Positions 21,181-32,564 of a DNA stretch of 64,000 bases are shown piece after piece. The stretch covers positions 4,704,001 to 4,768,000 of the forward strand of contig OZ001293.3 in NCBI GenBank assembly GCA_963921275.4, written 5' to 3'. The notes below the pieces were generated by a model. That model did not search any database, was not told the origin of the DNA, and saw only the letters and a list, made by a program, of their open reading frames with translations. Position 1 is the stretch's first letter. Each line of letters begins with the position of its first letter. The position numbers and the translations under genes were made by a program. The stretch is from an uncultured Hormoscilla sp. GTDB lineage: Bacteria; Cyanobacteriota; Cyanobacteriia; Cyanobacteriales; Desertifilaceae.

Positions 21181-23625
21181 ATGTTTGAATATTTTACAGA
21201 ACAAGCGATAAAGGTAATAATGCTCGCTCAGGAAGAGGCCCGTCGCCTGGGACATAACTTCGTAGGGACGGAGCAAATCCTCCTGGGTTTAATTGGTGAA
21301 GGGACGGGAATAGCAGCAAAAGTGCTGGGGGAACAGGGTGTAAATCTGAAGGATGTCCGGACGGAGGTAGAAAAAATTATAGGTCGGGGATCGGGGTTCA
21401 CGCCAGTGGAAATTCCGTTTACGCCAAGGGTAAAGCGGATTTTCGAGTCATCCCTGAACGAAGCACGCCAATTGGGACATAATTACATAGGCACGGAACA
21501 CCTGCTGCTGGGACTAATTCAGGACCGGGATGGGGTAGCAGCGAAGGTGTTGCAAAATATGGGGGTTGACCCCAACGCGATGCGCACCCAAGTGATTCGC
21601 ATGCTGGGAGAAGAAGCAGCGGTAAGCGTGGGAGGGAGTTCAAACAATGGCAAAGTCCCCACCCTCGATGAGTTTGGCACGAATCTGACGAAACTGGCAG
21701 GACAGGGGAAACTGGACCCGGTGGTGGGTCGGGAGCCGGAAATTGAACGGGTAATCCAAATTCTGGGTCGCCGCACGAAGAATAATCCAGTGCTGATCGG
21801 AGAACCGGGGGTGGGGAAAACGGCGATCGCGGAAGGACTGGCCCATCGGATTGTCAACAAGAATGTGCCGGAAATCCTAGAAAATAAGCAAATAATTAGC
21901 CTGGAACTGGGAATGCTAGTGGCAGGAACCAGGTTCCGAGGAGAATTTGAAGAGCGGTTGAAGAAAATTATCGAGGAAGTCAGATCGTCGGATAACATTA
22001 TCCTGGTAATTGATGAAATCCATACGATCATAGGGGCGGGCTCGGTAGAAGGAAGCCTGGATGCGGCGAACATCCTCAAGCCAGCATTGGCGAGAGGCGA
22101 AATGCAATGTATTGGGGCCACGACGATGGATGAGTACCGCAAGTATATCGAGCGGGATGCGGCCCTGGAACGTCGGTTCCAACCAGTGAAAGTGGGAGAA
22201 CCCAGCGTGGAAGAGACGATCGAGATTCTCTACGGCCTGCGATCGGCCTACGAACAGCATCACCAACTGAAAATCTCCGATGAAGCGATCGTGGCCGCTG
22301 CTAACCTCTCGGACCGCTATATCTCGGACCGGTTCTTGCCGGATAAGGCGATCGACTTGGTGGATGAAGCAGGTTCCCGGGTCCGGCTGTTCAATTCTAA
22401 ACTGCCGCTAGAGGTGAAGGAACAGAAGCGACAGTTGCGAGAAGTGATTAAGGAAAAAGAGGTGGCGGTCAAGGACCAAGACTTTGATAAGGCGGGAAAA
22501 CTGCGCGATCGGGAGTTAGCAATTAAAGAGGAGATCCAAATCGCTACTAGCAATAAAATAAATATTGCTCCGGTGGTCAGCGCAGAAGACATCGCCCAGA
22601 TCGTATCTTCCTGGACGGGAGTGCCAGTGCTCAAGCTGACGGAATCGGAATCGGAACTGCTGCTGCACATCGAGGATACCCTGCATCAGCGCCTGATCGG
22701 TCAAGAAGAAGCAGTGACGGCTGTATCTCGCGCTATTCGTCGGGCCCGGGTAGGTCTGAAAAACCCCAACCGCCCGATCGCCAGTTTCATCTTTTCGGGA
22801 CCGACGGGTGTGGGCAAAACGGAACTGACAAAAGCTTTAGCAGCCTATTTCTTCGGTTCGGAAGAGGCAATGGTTCGCATAGATATGTCAGAATACATGG
22901 AACGTCACACGGTATCCAAACTGATCGGTGCGCCTCCTGGATTTGTAGGTTATCAGGAAGGGGGTCAACTGACAGAAGCGGTGCGCCGCCGTCCCTACAC
23001 TGTGGTCCTATTCGATGAAATTGAAAAAGCTCACCCGGATGTCTTTAACCTGATGCTGCAAATTTTTGAAGACGGTCGCCTGACGGATGCGAAGGGTCGG
23101 ACTGTGGACTTCAAAAATACCCTGCTGATTATGACCTCTAACATCGGATCCAAGGTGATTGAAAAAGGTGGGGGAGGTTTAGGATTCGAGTTTGAGGAAA
23201 ATAGCGCTGATGCTCAGTATAACCGGATTCGCACTCTGGTAAATGAGGAACTGAAGCAGTATTTCCGCCCCGAGTTCCTCAACCGCTTGGATGAGATTAT
23301 CGTCTTCCGTCAGTTGACCAAAGAACAGGTGAAAGATATCTCGGAGATCATGCTGCGGGAAGTCTTCGGTCGCCTCACGGAACAGGGTATTACTTTAGAA
23401 GTTACCGATACTTTCAAAGAACTCTTGGTCAAGGAGGGATACAACCCCAGCTATGGTGCGCGACCCCTGCGACGGGCGATTATGCGCTTGTTGGAAGATG
23501 TCCTGGCTGAAGAGTTGCTCTCCGGTCGCATCTCTGAGGGCGATCGGGCGATCGTAGATGTTGACGAAGAGGGTAAAGTTAAGGTAACCCGTGCAGAGAA
23601 GAAGCAGTTGCTCTCAGTTAGTTAA
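21181..23625 (+). CDS. clpC: ATP-dependent Clp protease ATP-binding subunit ClpC
   Basis: Clp-N repeats, [11 protein letters not shown]-like coiled coil, [18 protein letters not shown]. Confidence 0.96.
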   Translation: MFEYFTEQAIKVIMLAQEEARRLGHNFVGTEQILLGLIGEGTGIAAKVLGEQGVNLKDVRTEVEKIIGRGSGFTPVEIPFTPRVKRIFESSLNEARQLGHNYIGTEHLLLGLIQDRDGVAAKVLQNMGVDPNAMRTQVIRMLGEEAAVSVGGSSNNGKVPTLDEFGTNLTKLAGQGKLDPVVGREPEIERVIQILGRRTKNNPVLIGEPGVGKTAIAEGLAHRIVNKNVPEILENKQIISLELGMLVAGTRFRGEFEERLKKIIEEVRSSDNIILVIDEIHTIIGAGSVEGSLDAANILKPALARGEMQCIGATTMDEYRKYIERDAALERRFQPVKVGEPSVEETIEILYGLRSAYEQHHQLKISDEAIVAAANLSDRYISDRFLPDKAIDLVDEAGSRVRLFNSKLPLEVKEQKRQLREVIKEKEVAVKDQDFDKAGKLRDRELAIKEEIQIATSNKINIAPVVSAEDIAQIVSSWTGVPVLKLTESESELLLHIEDTLHQRLIGQEEAVTAVSRAIRRARVGLKNPNRPIASFIFSGPTGVGKTELTKALAAYFFGSEEAMVRIDMSEYMERHTVSKLIGAPPGFVGYQEGGQLTEAVRRRPYTVVLFDEIEKAHPDVFNLMLQIFEDGRLTDAKGRTVDFKNTLLIMTSNIGSKVIEKGGGGLGFEFEENSADAQYNRIRTLVNEELKQYFRPEFLNRLDEIIVFRQLTKEQVKDISEIMLREVFGRLTEQGITLEVTDTFKELLVKEGYNPSYGARPLRRAIMRLLEDVLAEELLSGRISEGDRAIVDVDEEGKVKVTRAEKKQLLSVS

Positions 23626-23840
23626 TGCCAACCATACACCACCCTCACCCCCTCACAGGGGTAGGTTTTTTACATTTCGGTTCGTTTGAGGGGGTGAGGG
23701 GGTGAGGGGGTGCTCACAGGAGTAGGTTTTTTATTTTTGCTTAATTTTTGTTTTACCAAAAGTCGGAAAGTGGGGGAGTAGTATCAACAAAAGTCAACAC
23801 TTGTTCATAATTTATTAATCAAATTTACCAAGATTAACTA

Positions 23841-24852
23841 ACTCAAGTTGCGACCTATAAAAATTGGATACAAAAAGCTATGATAAAGAGAATTATTTTC
23901 AACTCTAATCCCTTAGATGTAACAGCATGAATTGACTTGGGAAACAAATTGGTGATTCGACTAAAACAGGTTTCAACTTGTTTTCTTGTTACTTTTTGTA
24001 TATATTCAAAACAAGAAGATTCTTTTCTTTTTGAGTTCTTTTTTCGCAAAGGTTTTAACATTATACTTGACGACTCTTTTAGTAAATCCTCTAATTGATA
24101 ATCATTATAAGCTTTATCTCCATAAACTATTGAATTTGATGGTAAGTCAAAGCCAAAAGATTGCAAAACTTTAAAATCATTATAACTACCAGGATCTAGA
24201 TAAAATTCTATTAGCTTTCCATTTTTGTTTACCAACATATGAACTCTTAATCCATAAAAATAACGTTTTTTACTGGCAATATACCCTCGATATTCTTCCT
24301 TGTTATAAATTTGGCATCTATCAATCCTAATATTATCACATACTGGCACCGGGAAACTATCAAGAATATATTCTTGACCCGGATTGAGCTCTTTAAATGT
24401 TTGAGCTATAACTTGGAAGAAAAACATCCAAATTGGTTCGTCAATATTGTGTAATCGACGATTGAACCTACTTTTACTTAACATATTTTTTATATACTTG
24501 TGTTCGACCATAAATTGACAAGAGCGATCGTGGTGTCCTCCGAAAAAATATGCAGCAACTAATCCGACTGTCATCACTTCGGCATTGTTCATTTTTACTT
24601 GTGGATCTTCTTTTATATTTAACGCTTTTAGTAGCTCGTCACAAAGAACAAAAATTGTTGTAATCATATCTTCCATCATCTACATCCCCCAGCAATTAAC
24701 TATTATTTTAGTACATTATAACCTATAAACAGCCAACCCGCCGTATAGCACAAAAAAAATATAATTTTGTATCAAAAGCTACGAAATATCCCAAATATCT
24801 GTAAAGTCTAAGTGGGTAATTCATATTTTTTTTAATAGGTCGCAACTTAGGT
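23841..24852 (-). mobile_element. IS982-family insertion sequence
   Basis: Inverted ends ACTCAAGTTGCGACCTAT / ATAGGTCGCAACTTAGGT; TAACTA direct repeat on both flanks; markedly AT-rich. Confidence 0.85.
23855..24679 (-). CDS. IS982-family DDE transposase
   Basis: LSKSRFNRRL, ILDSFPVPVC, YFYGLRVH, YGDKAY, RKQVETCFS, IHAVTSKG. Confidence 0.88.
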   Translation of the reverse strand: MMEDMITTIFVLCDELLKALNIKEDPQVKMNNAEVMTVGLVAAYFFGGHHDRSCQFMVEHKYIKNMLSKSRFNRRLHNIDEPIWMFFFQVIAQTFKELNPGQEYILDSFPVPVCDNIRIDRCQIYNKEEYRGYIASKKRYFYGLRVHMLVNKNGKLIEFYLDPGSYNDFKVLQSFGFDLPSNSIVYGDKAYNDYQLEDLLKESSSIMLKPLRKKNSKRKESSCFEYIQKVTRKQVETCFSRITNLFPKSIHAVTSKGLELKIILFIIAFCIQFL

Positions 24853-24853
24853 T

Positions 24854-24887
24854 AACTACGAACTACGAACTACGAACTACGAACTAC
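24854..24887. repeat. 7-bp short tandem repeat (AACTACG)n
   Basis: About 5 copies next to the IS end; STRR-type heptamer. Confidence 0.8.
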
Positions 24888-25158
24888 CCCTGTAAGGTGA
24901 GGGGGTGAGGGGGTGAAGAGGATTCCTAGTTAAAATTCGTAGGCTGGGTTTCCGAACGAAACCCAGCAGTTACCTGTAAAGTTGGGTTGAGCCTAAGCTC
25001 AACCCAACCTACGATGATTATAAATAATTGTTACAAAAAAATCGAGATTTTGCGGAAAATGTAGGGTTAAATCTGAATATACAAGTATAAGGATTAAATC
25101 AGTCGATCCTGGGGTTGGGTGCAGAACCAAAGAAAATTACTACAAGAGCAACCCTGAT

Positions 25159-26973
25159 ATGGCTTGAATTAACGGTACGCAAAGGGACGATCTGCTCCCG
25201 GGAACGTCGGAGCAGGACGAGATTCGAGGTAGAGCCGGTAACGAATGCGCTGCGCGCACGCTACGCGGACGGCTTTTGGGCGATCGCGGAAATGACGTGC
25301 TCTATGGCAATCGAGGCCGGGATACCTTAACAGGAGGGGATGGGAGTGACATCTTCGTGCTCAGCGGCGGTCGCGATCGGATTACCGACTTTACTGACGG
25401 TCAGGACTTGATAGGATTACCAGGTCGTGTCAGCTTCGATCGGCTACAGATATCTGCTGGCACCGGGGCGAATGCTGGGAACACGATTATCTCCTTGGGA
25501 CGCTTTCAGTTAGCAGTCTTGGAGGGGGTGAGCAGCAGCCAGATCGACGCCGCTGATTTCACAAACGATCTGACACCGATATCGGAACCGACGCCGACAG
25601 TACCGCCATCAAATGGCAATTTTAACATTGAATTCGACTATCGCTTTGACAGCAGCGGATTTTTCAATGACCCCGCCCGCCGGGCGGCATTAGAAGCTGC
25701 TGCTGATATCTGGGAGGGCTTTATCCAAGACGAGTTTCCCAATGTTCCAGCAGGGATTGAATTTACTGTAGAAAATCCTTCTGTGTCAGGCCGGGAAGAA
25801 AGGATTGTCTTGAACTCTGAAATTGACGATTTGCTGATTTTCGTAGGTGTACGTCCATTGCCTGGCAGCACTCTGGGACAAGCTGGACCTGATGGTGTGG
25901 ATGCTGCTGGAACTGTTTTCTCCAACCGCATCAATGGCAGTGATTTTCAGCCTTGGGTGGGAGAGTTGACCTTCGATCCGGATGCGAATTGGTTTTTTGA
26001 CTTCACGCCCAATACAGATGGGGACATTCCTTTCGGGCAAAGCGATTTTATTAGTACGGCTTTGCATGAAATCGGGCATATTTTGGACATTGGTACTGCT
26101 GACATTTTCGAGTAAATCGGTGCAGGGAGGGCTTTTGATGGTCCCAATGCTCTGAATGTGAATGGGGGCCAACCTATTCCTTTGGAACGAGATTTGTCTC
26201 ATATCCAAGAGGGTTTTTTGAATGGTACTGTCTTGCTGGACCCCTCAATCACGAACGGCACCCGCATATTGCCGACTCAGGTTGATTTGGCTTTGTTGGC
26301 GGATATTGGCTATGAAATATCCGACTTTACAGCTCAAGGTGAAACGCCCCCGATCGCATCTTTCGGGGATGACCAGATCATCGCTACAATGTTGGCTGAC
26401 ACGATCGATGGTTTAGGTGGTGGCGACTAAATTCAAGGCGATCGGGGGAACGATCGGCTGAATGGAGGTTCTGGAAACGATCGGCTGTTTGGTCAAGCAG
26501 GTAACGATACCCTGAATGGGGACGCTGGGGATGACCAACTTGTGGGAAATGAGGGTAATGACATTCTCAATGATGGCTCTAATAATGATAACTTCTTCGG
26601 TGGCACGGGTAACGATACCCTGAATGGCGATGCGGGGAATGACTTCCTAAGAGGAGAAGCAGGGGATGATTTGCTCAATGGTGGTGCTGGCGATGATAAC
26701 CTTTTTGGTGATGCGGGCCGGGATAAATTCTTCTTTGGTGCTAACAATGGTGAAGACACTATTACCGACTTTGACATTGCTACTGAAAGGATCCAGATAG
26801 CATCTGGTCTGGGTTTTGCTACGGGTGCAGATGTGCTGGCTACTCTCTCTAGGACTTTCATTAATACTTCTGTCTTCACCCTGAGTCCGGGGAACTCGAT
26901 AGAGGTATTTCATGAGGATGTATCTAACATAAATAATACTCCTCTGACAGCAGCAAATTTCGTTATTGTCTGA
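25159..26973 (+). pseudogene. RTX calcium-binding protein with a zinc-metalloprotease (HExxH) domain
   Basis: One frame with in-frame stops at codon 3 (TGA), 26113 and 26428 (TAA); ALHEIGHIL; many GxGND nonapeptides. Confidence 0.8.
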
Positions 26974-27501
26974 TCTGTTTCATCCGCTAGCCCGCCGGGG
27001 GTTCAAACCCCCGGCTAATAGCTAAAGTCGGTTTAAAACCGACTAAAAATATTGTCATTTTAGTTTATGAGTAGGGTGGGCACCGCCCACCAGACAGCGG
27101 GTTCCTCTCGTTCCCAGTTTCAAGCTGGGAACGAATTCTAGAGGCAGAGCCTCCAGTTTAACCGAGATAGAGGGAAAATGGACAAATTTCATAAATTATA
27201 CCCTCGTTCCCAGTCAGCCAGTAGAACTTCCAGTAGAGATTGGATATTTTTCTCAAGTCGAAGTGAAACGAGGATCTTTTCAGAAAGCGGTCACAAATAC
27301 AAATAACTGATATTGTCGCGATCGCCCCCAAATTCCACGCAGTTATGTTACCATATTGTCCGATCGGTAAAAGCATTAGGTGTATCTAACTTTACCCGAT
27401 CGCTGGAGGCGATCAGGAATTGGCAGAAAAAGGAATTAAACAGATAAAGATCGTTCTGCTATGATTATAAAATAAATTAAGTGGGATTGCCAGAGTTAAT
27501 G

Positions 27502-27935
27502 GGGTGTGGTCAAAAGTAGTTGATATCCTGGCCAAAAGGATTGCGCTACCGGTGTCTCCTGGGTAGTACGAATAGTGCTCCCAGGAGACGCCGAGCACAC
27601 GGCTACGCCTACGCGATCGACGCTGACAGATTACATCGTAGCGAACGTAATACTAAATTTGCGTGTTACACGTAATCAAGCATAATGCCGGGCGGGAGCC
27701 TTCATGAATGATTACATCGTAGCGAACGTAATACTAAATTGTGTATTACACGTAATCAAGCATAATACCAAGCCGGGCGGGAGCCTTGATGGATGATTAC
27801 ATCGTAGCGAACGTAATACTAAATTGCGTGTTACACGTAATCAAGCATAATACCAAGCCGGGCGGGAGCCGCTTATCAACCAGTGAAATCGTCATAATTT
27901 TACCTTTTCTTTACCAACTGGTTTTGACCACACCC
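27502..27935. mobile_element. MITE with a perfect 9-bp target-site duplication
   Basis: Ends GGGTGTGGTCAAAAGTAGTTG / CAACTGGTTTTGACCACACCC; GAGTTAATG at 27493-27501 and 27936-27944; no transposase. Confidence 0.85.
27629..27870. repeat. Three tandem ~76-85-bp hairpin-forming repeats
   Basis: GATTACATCGTAGCGAACGTAATACTAAATT...ACACGTAATCAAGCATAAT...GCCGGGCGGGAGCC starting at 27629, 27710 and 27795. Confidence 0.9.
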
Positions 27936-27943
27936 GAGTTAAT

Positions 27944-28594
27944 GTGATAATGCCAATATATAGCGTATTACCTGATGATAGTGACATAGACCAGCGGCTG
28001 CAAAACTTGAAGAATTCAGGTATGTTAGTTGGCAGCGATGAGAGCATCATCAATAAAAAACTTAATGACTTGGCAAAGGAAGTTAAACAGGGTCAGATCG
28101 GTGCCAAAGGAGAAGTGACATTTTTAGAACGGCAAGTATTTGGCGAAGGTAGACAGGTGTTAATCATTCCCGATCCGATACAGTCAAATGTTAAAATACC
28201 CGATTACGCAGTTTACCAAGATCGGGGTGGGACGCTGGGACGAGAAATTATTGAAGTAAAAACTACAGTGAGGACCACTAATGTTACCTTATGTCGGGGA
28301 TGGGAAAAATGGATTAAGAGTAAAATCAATGAGGGAAATAAACAGCTAAAACGCTCGGGAATTACTTATGGAATACCGGGTTCTTTGGAAATGCAGCTAT
28401 ACGAAAGTGCCAAGAGCGAATTTGCTCAGATACTTCAAGACGATGCTACTACTGTGGAGAGTTGGGTAACTAGAGAATTCCGTCCCAATCAAATGAGGAG
28501 CTTACGGCGAGTAGCTATTTATGGTAATGGAAAACTCCTGCTTGAGTTTACTCGAACTGTTGAAAACCAAATTGTCAGAACATTTCCTGCATAA
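27944..28594 (+). CDS. Putative PD-(D/E)XK nuclease (toxin-tip-like)
   Basis: GAKGE...KIPDY...IIEVKT...GNKQL motif spacing. Confidence 0.5.
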   Translation: MIMPIYSVLPDDSDIDQRLQNLKNSGMLVGSDESIINKKLNDLAKEVKQGQIGAKGEVTFLERQVFGEGRQVLIIPDPIQSNVKIPDYAVYQDRGGTLGREIIEVKTTVRTTNVTLCRGWEKWIKSKINEGNKQLKRSGITYGIPGSLEMQLYESAKSEFAQILQDDATTVESWVTREFRPNQMRSLRRVAIYGNGKLLLEFTRTVENQIVRTFPA

Positions 28595-28600
28595 AAAACT

Positions 28601-29287
28601 ATGGTAGAAACAAGAACTTGGCGGCGAGGAAGCGGTCTCATAGATTGGACGTATAATATAGTAGATCACCATCATCAGGTAAAACAGTTGCTTGCCGATC
28701 GGGTAAAGCGTAGAATCTGGATAGCAGATAAAATTGAGCGTCTGCTAGATGCTCTGGGAAATTTCGCGCTGGTTCAGGACGTAACAGTCGATACCTGGAG
28801 TGGTGGAGAAGATAGTTTGGCGATCGCCGAATGGCAAGGAGTGGCGTCACGTTTAAAACTTGTAGACTTTTTGCAAAAAACAGACGAGGTGGTAAACATA
28901 GATTTTACCTTGACATTGCAATGCGCAACCCCGACAACTAATGGCAAGCTAAAAGAATTACAGATTGAGTCTGGTGGGAGTATATTCTTCTTCATTGAAC
29001 TAGAGGATGAGGGCAAATTGGATCTTAATACCGATACTCCAATTTGGTTGACTTTCTCTCTTGATGTTGATATCCATGCACCAATTTCTTGGGGACCAGT
29101 TCGGAATAATACTCAACATGCTCGGCTGAATGGATCGCGCTTATCTGCTTTCCTACACCGTCTGGAACAGGACATCCCAGCAGAATTTATAGGTGTAGAT
29201 GCTCCTGATTATCAAGGGATGGTCGATCGTTATGGATTTTTAACTCACTCAGTGGAGTTAGAAGCACAAACAACTGAGTCCTATTAA
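28601..29287 (+). CDS. Hypothetical protein, possible immunity partner
   Basis: 228-aa acidic ORF starting 6 bp after the nuclease-like gene. Confidence 0.5.
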   Translation: MVETRTWRRGSGLIDWTYNIVDHHHQVKQLLADRVKRRIWIADKIERLLDALGNFALVQDVTVDTWSGGEDSLAIAEWQGVASRLKLVDFLQKTDEVVNIDFTLTLQCATPTTNGKLKELQIESGGSIFFFIELEDEGKLDLNTDTPIWLTFSLDVDIHAPISWGPVRNNTQHARLNGSRLSAFLHRLEQDIPAEFIGVDAPDYQGMVDRYGFLTHSVELEAQTTESY

Positions 29288-29383
29288 GCGATCGCCATCA
29301 TTTGCGATCGCTTTTATTTATGGGTAATGCTAGCTAAAAATAGATGATGTACAAATTACATAAATCATGTTATGATAATCTTA

Positions 29384-30419
29384 CAGCTTGTTCAGGAAAC
29401 AAGTAGAACATTTTTGTGCTAAACTAGAGCTATACTCAATGCAGACCAAATTCAGCTATGGGACGTTACTCTCTGGACCTGAGACAAAAAGTAGTCACTG
29501 CTTATCAATTGGGCAAAGGCTCGATTCGGCAACTCGCCGAGCAGTTTATGCTCAGTCCTGCTACTGTTCATAGTTATATAAAACAAGATCGAGAAACGCA
29601 AGATATAACCCCTAAAAAACCCGGTCCCAAACGTCCGGGCAAGCTAGAAGCCGATCGAGACTTGATCGTGAAGATGGTAAAAGATTACCCAGATTGTCCG
29701 GTGAGGCAGTATCGGGAACATCTCCGGCGGGAGCAGGATGTTTATGTCAGTGTAGGGGGGATGTGTGAGTTCCTAAAAAAAGAAGGCTTAACCCTTAAAA
29801 AAAAACTTACCGGGCAGAAAAGGTAGCAACGGAAGCAGGTCAGCAGCAGCGAGTTGATTACCGAGAGCGGGTTCGAGATGTCCCACAGGGAAAATTGATA
29901 TTTATTGATGAGGCAGCTTTCTGGATAGGGATGAGTCGCGATCTGGCCAGGAGTGAAAAAGGTAAAAAGGCATTCTATTTAAGACCATTTTATCAGGGGA
30001 GTAAAATGACCTTAATCGGAGCAATAAGTCTTGAAGGAGTTGTGGCTAAAAAAGCAATTAAAGGCTCTATGAAAGGTAAGGATTTTAAGGATTTTATTGA
30101 AGATGACCTGGTTCCGAAGCTGAATCCAGGGGATGTGATAGTTATGGATAACCTTAATATCCATAAAATGGAAGGGATCGAAGAACTGATAGTCGCTACG
30201 GGAGCAAGAGTAGAATATTTACCACCCTACTCACCAGACTTCAACCCTATTGAGATGTTGTGGTCAACGGTTAAGTCACTGGTCAGAATGTTCCCAACAC
30301 GAGCAATGGAGGCGCTAGAACAGTTAATTGAACTTGCTCTGATGCTGATTGGAACAAATACGTTTAAGAACTGGTTTACTAAATGCTGTTATTGTACTAA
30401 TTAAATAGCGAACCTGCTG
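29384..30419 (+). mobile_element. IS630-family insertion sequence
   Basis: Ends CAGCTTGTTC / GAACCTGCTG; TA on both flanks; matching empty site ATAATCTTATCAGAAG near 33091. Confidence 0.88.
29458..30404 (+). CDS. IS630 transposase in two ORFs joined at an A-run
   Basis: YSLDLRQKVV HTH; IFIDE, VMDNLNIH, LPPYSPDFNPIE DDE motifs; slippery A-run near 29800 typical of a programmed frameshift. Confidence 0.88.
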
Positions 30420-30448
30420 TATCAGAAGATATTTCCTTAAGTCCAGAG

Positions 30449-30690
30449 ATGAAAAAGGTAACTATAATAACAATGAATCCGGAAGTGATGGGCGGAAAAC
30501 CTTGCATCCGGGGGTTACGAGTCACAGTTGGGACTATTGTGGGACTAATAGCATCGAGTCATTCACCAGAAACAATATTGCAAGCATATCCCTATTTAGA
30601 AGAGGCAGATATTTACGAAGCACTTGCCTAGGCAGCGTGGTGATTTTAAGAACAAGAATTTATCCTCCACAGCAACTCAGCATAAAAATA
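30449..30690 (+). pseudogene. DUF433 antitoxin copy with premature stop
   Basis: Near-identical to 33127-33363 but TAT changed to TAG at 30629; partner gene start degraded. Confidence 0.8.
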
Positions 30691-30739
30691 TTGTGCTAAG
30701 ATATTATTAGAGTACAACCAAGAAATCAAAGAGGATAAA

Positions 30740-31420
30740 TTGAGTTACGACAACACCTGCAAATATCTGGCAGAACAGGATCCGAGAGTCAGACAGTATA
30801 ACTGTGAAGTCAAACAGGCGGTGATTTTCCTCAAAGCTACTACGAGTGAGTTAGTGTTCCAGAATCAGTATGAAGACGAAGATACCATACATCGGTATCA
30901 GGTCATTCGGTTATGGGAAGAAGACCCAGCTATACTGATGGCAGATCCAGGTCTTTTACCACTGGCCACTCTAGCTCGCAGCGATAACTTCAATAGCTTG
31001 TTAGCACAAGTGGCCCAGGAATTTGGTAAAATAGAGTCAACAGCTCAACGCAATGAGATCTCAGCCTGCATTTCAATTTTGGCAGGTCTGCGATTTGAGA
31101 AACAATTGATTAATCAGTTATTCAAAGAGGAAGTCATGCGTGAATCAGTAATCTATCAGGATATTCTGCAAAAAGGTCGGCAAATTGGTCGCGCGGAAGG
31201 TCGCGTTGAAGGCCGCGAGGAAGGTTATTTGGAAGTTATTCACCGCCTGAGCGTGCGCCGATTTGGAGTTTGGACTGAGTGGTTTGAAGATCGCCTGAAA
31301 AAGCTGTCTATCTCTCAGTTAGAAGATTTGGTAGAAGCGCTGTTGGATTTCTCGACGGTGGATGATTTAGCCGCTTGGTTACAGCAAAATGAATCAGGCG
31401 ATATGGGAGTAGCCCCATAG
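30740..31420 (+). CDS. Rpn/DUF4351-type protein, probably internally deleted
   Basis: MSYDNTCKYLAE, YQVIRLWEEDP, MRESVIYQDIL, EGR repeats, LEDLVEALLDF...DLAAWL. Confidence 0.7.
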   Translation: MSYDNTCKYLAEQDPRVRQYNCEVKQAVIFLKATTSELVFQNQYEDEDTIHRYQVIRLWEEDPAILMADPGLLPLATLARSDNFNSLLAQVAQEFGKIESTAQRNEISACISILAGLRFEKQLINQLFKEEVMRESVIYQDILQKGRQIGRAEGRVEGREEGYLEVIHRLSVRRFGVWTEWFEDRLKKLSISQLEDLVEALLDFSTVDDLAAWLQQNESGDMGVAP

Positions 31421-31559
31421 CCCCAAACCCGATCGCCCCAGGCGCGATCGGGGTACAATTGTTATTATAGCTCAGTTGCCCGCGCCGGTTCCGTGCATTT
31501 ACAGGTTGATTTGCGCAGTGGTACTATCAACGCAGCCTGTTGCACTACCTATTTCTCCT

Positions 31560-31982
31560 TTATTCGATCGTCCAATCGGAAAGTCTCAGAGCTGGCACCC
31601 GTGCAAAATTCCGTCGGTTGCGCGTAACCAGGATAGCATTTTTAGAAAGTGCTATCGCCGCAATTCGCAAATCTTGCGTGCCAATGCGAATCCTTTGACG
31701 AATCAATTCGGCGTAACAATTGTAAGCCTCCCGATCGAAGTCAAGTAAATTAACGCCATTGAAGAATTCTACTCCAGTCCGCAATCCTATGTAAGCCCAT
31801 AGCAGTCTATCAGGTCGGGAAGATTGCCTGATAGCATTAAGCCATCCACGCATTTGTTCTTCCACTGTGATAACTGTCACACCAATATCTTCACTATTGA
31901 CTGCATTAACGCGCTGTATTACAAGAGGATGTCTATGTTGAAAAAGTGAGACGTGATCCGTATCAAGTATCCAAAAACTCAC
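31560..31982 (-). CDS. VapC/PIN-domain toxin
   Basis: WILDTDHVS, TVEE, GTQDLRIAAIAL, LVTRNRRNF. Confidence 0.85.
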   Translation of the reverse strand: MSFWILDTDHVSLFQHRHPLVIQRVNAVNSEDIGVTVITVEEQMRGWLNAIRQSSRPDRLLWAYIGLRTGVEFFNGVNLLDFDREAYNCYAELIRQRIRIGTQDLRIAAIALSKNAILVTRNRRNFARVPALRLSDWTIE

Positions 31983-31985
31983 ATT

Positions 31986-32366
31986 TTAGCCTCCGGGAGC
32001 ATCTATTGTACGATAATAGGCTTCCATTTCCGCATCCAGTTTGCGGCGATCGGCTTCTATATGTTCCAGCACTTCTGGGAAAACCGGATTATCTGCATAC
32101 ATTCCAGCAAACTTCATCCAAGGATGTTCGGGTTTGGGCAGTTCCATTTCCATCTGGACAATTTCTGCCTTTGACAAACGGGCAGTTAAAAGCTCTCGTA
32201 CCTTTGCCAGGGCTTCCGATCGCGTTCCACCCTCAGCCTGACAGTTAGGCAAACCCCACACCGTCGCCCTTACCGTACCTTCGTTTTCTGTTTCTATCAC
32301 CACATTATAAGTCAAGTTAGACAACTTGTCCGCAGTCGAGGTCAACTCCTTAGTTGAGGTCTCCAT
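31986..32366 (-). CDS. HicB-like antitoxin
   Basis: ATVWGLPNCQAEGGTRSEALAKVRE...HPWMKFAGM, directly upstream of the PIN toxin. Confidence 0.7.
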   Translation of the reverse strand: METSTKELTSTADKLSNLTYNVVIETENEGTVRATVWGLPNCQAEGGTRSEALAKVRELLTARLSKAEIVQMEMELPKPEHPWMKFAGMYADNPVFPEVLEHIEADRRKLDAEMEAYYRTIDAPGG

Positions 32367-32564
32367 ATTGATATTCTCTGCACGACTTGCTTTTCTTCTT
32401 TATCTTAACATCATTTGCCGTTAGATTGACAATTGTTAAAGCAAATTTAATATCGATCGGATAGCTTGCGATTGAAAAACGAGTAGATCGAGAAACCGGG
32501 GTTTCTGTCACTATAATATAAATATCATTAATAATTGCACGAGAAACCCTGTTTCTGACTGCCA

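Noticed and set aside
27629..27870. CRISPR array
   Set aside because: Units are almost entirely repeated with no unique spacers, and no cas genes are in the window
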